This document shows positions 23,571 through 26,028 of a DNA stretch of 26,028 nucleotides, piece after piece. The stretch covers positions 1 through 26,028 of the IMG/VR virus record IMGVR_UViG_3300032269_000125; one strand, written 5' to 3'. This stretch comes from a virus. Its lineage: Duplodnaviria; Caudoviricetes. The notes below the pieces were generated by a model, which saw only the letters and a program-made list of their open reading frames with translations, ran no database searches and was not told where the DNA came from. Within the stretch, counting starts at the first letter, position 1. Every line of letters starts with the position of its first letter. Made by a program: the position numbers and the translations under genes.

Positions 23571-23959
23571 CTTTAATTATTTTTGGGGAGCCTGCAAGTA
23601 AGGCTAATTCAAGGCGGGTTGTTAAGTTTGGCAACATGTCCAGACTAATCAAATCCCAGAAAGCTCTCAATTACTCAGATTCGTTTAAACAGCAATGCAC
23701 GCCTCTGGCAAAGTTAATGTCTGGCGATATCCGTATGACAATACATATCTACTATGCCAGCCGCAGACCCGACCTTGATGAGTCGTTGATTTTGGATTTG
23801 TTGCAAGGGTTGGTGTATTTAAACGACAGGCAGGTAAAAGAACGCCATGTGTTTTGGGGTTTGGATAAAGAAAATCCCCGGGCAGAAATTTTGATTGAGC
23901 AGATTCCACCCGTTTACACAGAAAAAAAGCCCGCACAAAGGCGGGCAAAAAGGGAGTGA
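23549..23959 (+). CDS. rusA: RusA-like Holliday junction resolvase
   Basis: GEPASKANSRR...RRPDLDE..ILDLLQG..Y.NDRQV...D..NPRAEI.I matches the RusA acidic-residue pattern. The start could be 23519 or 23549 and there is no clear RBS. Confidence 0.8.
   Translation: MEELQALSLIIFGEPASKANSRRVVKFGNMSRLIKSQKALNYSDSFKQQCTPLAKLMSGDIRMTIHIYYASRRPDLDESLILDLLQGLVYLNDRQVKERHVFWGLDKENPRAEILIEQIPPVYTEKKPAQRRAKRE
23922..23946 (-). terminator. Intrinsic terminator on the - strand inside the rusA-like 3' end
   Basis: On the - strand: GCCCGC-CTTTGT-GCGGGC followed by T7. Confidence 0.7.
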
Positions 23960-23972
23960 CAACTGCTTGTCG
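23922..23972 (-). ncRNA. Candidate ~50-nt antisense sRNA (OOP-like arrangement)
   Basis: TACAAT -10 box on the - strand (23984-23979) with a weak -35, then hairpin GACAA-GCAG-TTGTC, unpaired ACTCCCTT and the terminator. Confidence 0.4.
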
Positions 23973-24044
23973 GAATTGATTGTAAAGCCATAAAGTGCTT
24001 ATTACCAGTTTTAGACTACATTTATTTTTACTCTCTGAATTTTT

Positions 24045-24074
24045 TTGCATTAATGCGAACAGTTGGTTTATACT
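24045..24074 (+). promoter_or_regulatory. sigma70-type promoter
   Basis: TTGCAT (24045-24050), 18-nt spacer, TATACT (24069-24074), with an AT-rich upstream tract. The predicted start near 24081 coincides with the first base of a long stem. Confidence 0.6.
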
Positions 24075-24080
24075 AAATCC

Positions 24081-24151
24081 GTTGGCGCATAGTAACCGCA
24101 TTGGTCTCCGGAGCTTATACGCTCTATGAATGTGGAACTCCCTGCGCCAGC
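24081..24151 (+). ncRNA. Candidate 71-nt bulged-hairpin sRNA
   Basis: Nested stems 24081-24089/24143-24151, 24096-24102/24129-24135 and 24110-24114/24121-24125. No credible ORF here. Confidence 0.5.
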
Positions 24152-24235
24152 ACTTACACGCACAAAAAACGGCAATAAATATACATAAGACTTGCCATAT
24201 GCACAAAAAACCCACAAATTTATACATGACACCGA

Positions 24236-24263
24236 TTGACACGGTTTGAAATTGTGGTAGAGT
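24236..24263 (+). promoter_or_regulatory. Strong sigma70-type promoter
   Basis: Consensus TTGACA (24236-24241), 16-nt spacer, TAGAGT (24258-24263) with an extended -10 TG. Confidence 0.7.
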
Positions 24264-24269
24264 TAAGTT

Positions 24270-24372
24270 GTTGCTGTAGGAAGCGACCGCTTTAAAAAGC
24301 CGTTACACATGCCTTCGCCCTTGGTTTAATCCGGAGGGTTCCTACCGAGGGCAGTTGTAACGGCTTTTTTTT
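24270..24372 (+). ncRNA. Candidate ~100-nt structured RNA/attenuator ending in a terminator
   Basis: Hairpin GTTGCT-GTAGGA-AGCGAC (24270-24287). Perfect 14-bp stem 24294-24307/24356-24369 and inner stem 24317-24325/24344-24352, then T8. TTCCTAC (24339-24345) is complementary to GTAGGAA (24276-24282). Confidence 0.6.
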
Positions 24373-24384
24373 GCCCCTCCTACT

Positions 24385-24639
24385 TCAGCCGTACTCCATA
24401 CGATAGCAAGAGTTCAGCCTGACTGCGTGGAAGAAAAGGGTTACACGGTAAGCGTAAAGGCGCGGGGCAACTACCCTCAACAATCCGTGGTGCTGGTCGA
24501 ATTTGCAAGCACAGGGGCGTTGGCGCAAGTCAACCATGCAAATGCCGCAAGGCGGGTGAACCTCCTCTCCAACTCCATTGTTCGCATTGGGGAAGGGGGG
24601 TCTTTGGGGTGAATTTATCAATAAGCCCCGCAAAGGGGC
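24385..24639 (+). other. GC-rich structured leader / candidate ncRNA with GNRA-type loops
   Basis: Hairpins GTTGGC-GCAA-GTCAAC (24519-24534) inside ATTTGCA/TGCAAAT, GCC-GCAA-GGC (24544-24553), a long stem at 24560-24601 and GCCCC-GCAAA-GGGGC (24625-24639). Confidence 0.45.
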
Positions 24640-24656
24640 GTTAAAGGAGGGTGACG

Positions 24657-24854
24657 ATGAGAATATATTTAATTGCAAGTAACAGGGGCGTACGTCTTGT
24701 ACGTGCCAACACAAGAGCGCAGGCTTTAAATTATGTAGCCTCGCAAGAGTTGACGGTCAGGATTGCATCGCAGGATGACTTAGTCAAATATTTGTCTGAA
24801 GGTAGCATGGTTGAAACGGCAGTTGCGCCCGACCAAGGCAAACTGGACTTGTAA
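24657..24854 (+). CDS. Conserved small phage protein (65 aa)
   Basis: AAGGAGG RBS 6 nt before ATG 24657. Begins MRIYLI...RLVRANTRAQALNYVA. Confidence 0.8.
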   Translation: MRIYLIASNRGVRLVRANTRAQALNYVASQELTVRIASQDDLVKYLSEGSMVETAVAPDQGKLDL

Positions 24855-24856
24855 CT

Positions 24857-25372
24857 ATGGATATACATTTAAATGCTCACGATTTAATTCTTGCCGCTCA
24901 CCAAGCGGGGATTATTGAGGGAGTTAAAAGTATTCAGTTATCTAATGGTCAAATAAAGAATAAAAAGATATCGGGTCAAGGTGACTTTGCCATTCATTAT
25001 GCTGGAATGTTGGGTGAAATAGCTGTGAGTAAAGCTATTGGGATTCCAATCAGGACAGACATCACGTTTGGCGGGGACGGAAGTGTTGACATGACTTATA
25101 AGGGTCAGTCCTTACAAATTAAAACAAGCACTCACCCCACAACACCCCCTCCTCGGTACATAATCTTTAACCATGCCGCAGATTTCTCCACTGATTGGGC
25201 TGTCTCTTGTTCAATCAAAACACCATGTCTTGTCAAGATTCATGGGTTTGTCAGTAAAAAAAGATTTCTAAAGAATGCCGTAGAACATGATTTTGGTTAT
25301 GGACTGCGTGTTTGCATGGCTGAAGAATTTTTAACATCAATTGATAGGTTTGACGAAGCCGCCACCATCTAA
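24857..25372 (+). CDS. Restriction-endonuclease-like PD-(D/E)xK fold protein
   Basis: GMLGEIAV...GGDGSVDM......QIKT fits the E...D...(Q)xK active-site arrangement. Confidence 0.55.
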   Translation: MDIHLNAHDLILAAHQAGIIEGVKSIQLSNGQIKNKKISGQGDFAIHYAGMLGEIAVSKAIGIPIRTDITFGGDGSVDMTYKGQSLQIKTSTHPTTPPPRYIIFNHAADFSTDWAVSCSIKTPCLVKIHGFVSKKRFLKNAVEHDFGYGLRVCMAEEFLTSIDRFDEAATI

Positions 25373-25386
25373 ATTTAAGGAATAAA

Positions 25387-25560
25387 ATGGAAACTGATTT
25401 AAACAACATGACGATGCGCGACCTGTTTGCCGCGTTTGCAATGGCTGGGATGCTGGCAGACCAATCCGCAAGAGATAACGTTTACATCCTAAGCGCAGAT
25501 GCATACAAATGCGCAGATGCATTAATTGAGCAAAGGAACAAAGATGCCGCGCAACTATAA
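25387..25560 (+). CDS. Small phage protein, second member of the (L/M)RDxFAA family (57 aa)
   Basis: AAGGA RBS. METDLNNMTMRDLFAAFAMAGMLADQSARDNVYILSADAYKCADALIEQRNKDAAQL. Not in the ORF track. Confidence 0.75.
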   Translation: METDLNNMTMRDLFAAFAMAGMLADQSARDNVYILSADAYKCADALIEQRNKDAAQL

Positions 25561-25795
25561 ACAGGAATATGCCAACTACGATGGCACACCCGAAGTTAAA
25601 AAGAAAAGAGCGCAGAGAAATAAAGCAAGACGGATGCTTGAGCGCGAAGGTGTTGTACACAAGGGAGACGGGAAAGATGTTGATCACAAGACCCCGCTAA
25701 GCAAAGGTGGAACAACTGTGCGCAGCAACTTAAAAGTCGTGGCAGCAACGAAAAACAGGTCTTTTAAACGCAAATCTGACGGCAGCATGAAATGA
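25544..25795 (+). CDS. Small HNH endonuclease-like protein
   Basis: Start ATG 25544 (AAGGA RBS). KDVDHKTPLSKGG....NL.......NRS is an H-N-N variant. Confidence 0.85.
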   Translation: MPRNYKQEYANYDGTPEVKKKRAQRNKARRMLEREGVVHKGDGKDVDHKTPLSKGGTTVRSNLKVVAATKNRSFKRKSDGSMK

Positions 25796-26028
25796 TTGCA
25801 GAGCTAGTTGAGTCAACATACTTCAACGAAACTGCTCGCGTATCTTGCCCTTTCTGCTCACCCGAGCGCAGGAAGTCAAACAGTAAAGATATGACCTTGA
25901 CCCGCAAGAATGACGGCGCGGTTGTCTATCACTGCCACCATTGCTTTGCCAATGGATCTGTGCAACCCGAAAAAAAGGAATTCAAATTGTCTGCCGTCCC
26001 ATCTAAAACGGTCATCAGTGCGCCGTTA
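25792..26028 (+). CDS. N-terminal zinc-binding domain of a DNA primase or primase-helicase (3' truncated)
   Basis: ATGA overlap with the HNH gene. RVSCPFCSPERRK...YHCHHCFANG resembles the Cys4 domain of T7/Twinkle-type primase-helicases. The frame is open to the window end. Confidence 0.75.
   Translation, partial: MIAELVESTYFNETARVSCPFCSPERRKSNSKDMTLTRKNDGAVVYHCHHCFANGSVQPEKKEFKLSAVPSKTVISAPL

Larger units (their letters stand above)
1081..23690. repeat. Dispersed, highly iterated palindrome GTTTAAAC (at least 16 exact copies)
   Basis: Starts at 1081, 2784, 7519, 10654, 12652, 12870, 14313, 15294, 15580, 16521, 17073, 18678, 20548, 21837, 22570 and 23683. Confidence 0.9.
1..26028. mobile_element. 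Tailed dsDNA bacteriophage genome segment (podovirus-like)
   Basis: Gene order is lysin, tail, ejection proteins, then convergent early/recombination operon and replication genes. Genes are densely packed with ATGA-type overlaps and there are no bacterial housekeeping genes. Free phage versus prophage cannot be decided because no integrase or att site is in the window. Confidence 0.95.

Noticed and set aside
1081-23690. GTTTAAAC copies or other repeats as a CRISPR array
   Set aside because: The copies are only 8 bp, irregularly spaced and inside genes. There is no repeat-spacer periodicity and no cas operon.
24081-24151. 71-nt stem as a tRNA
   Set aside because: No cloverleaf, no T-loop GTTC and no D-loop consensus. 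It folds as a single bulged hairpin.
23685-24242. 185-aa minus-strand ORF
   Set aside because: It is antisense to the rusA-like gene, runs through promoters and a minus-strand terminator, and has no RBS or recognisable motif.
24385-24714. ORFs 24385-24714 (-) and 24427-24612 (+)
   Set aside because: No convincing RBS or protein motif, and the region is better explained by RNA structure. The + ORF cannot be fully excluded.

Overview
The whole window is tailed dsDNA phage sequence (podovirus-like, probably infecting a Gram-negative host; no integrase, bacterial housekeeping gene, tRNA, rRNA or CRISPR array was seen). Left arm (+ strand, 597-18625): M15-family peptidase/endolysin, tail nozzle-like protein, a small beta-sandwich structural protein, and three probable ejection (internal virion) proteins. 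The last of these is a 3027-aa polyvalent protein with a HExxH peptidase, a glycosylase-like domain, an unknown domain, two ADP-ribosyltransferase-like domains and an LPD38-like C-terminus. Middle (- strand, 18609-23498): tightly coupled early operon with a PD-(D/E)xK exonuclease, Sak3-like annealing protein, SSB-like protein, RHH regulators and many tiny ORFs. Right (+ strand): RusA-like resolvase, a ~700-bp control region with sigma70-like promoters and structured-RNA candidates, small genes, an HNH protein and the start of a primase/helicase. The best leads are: (1) two small +1-frame ORFs nested in inter-domain linkers of the giant protein, each with its own RBS and both carrying GL[ST]PEDR; (2) a recurring [KR]-[YL]-S-L junction motif that brackets its effector modules; (3) at least 16 copies of the palindrome GTTTAAAC; (4) a cluster of four candidate small or structured RNAs; (5) repeated AxGG motifs and S-layer-like repeats in the ejection proteins. 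All family assignments are by-eye motif recognition, not database searches.
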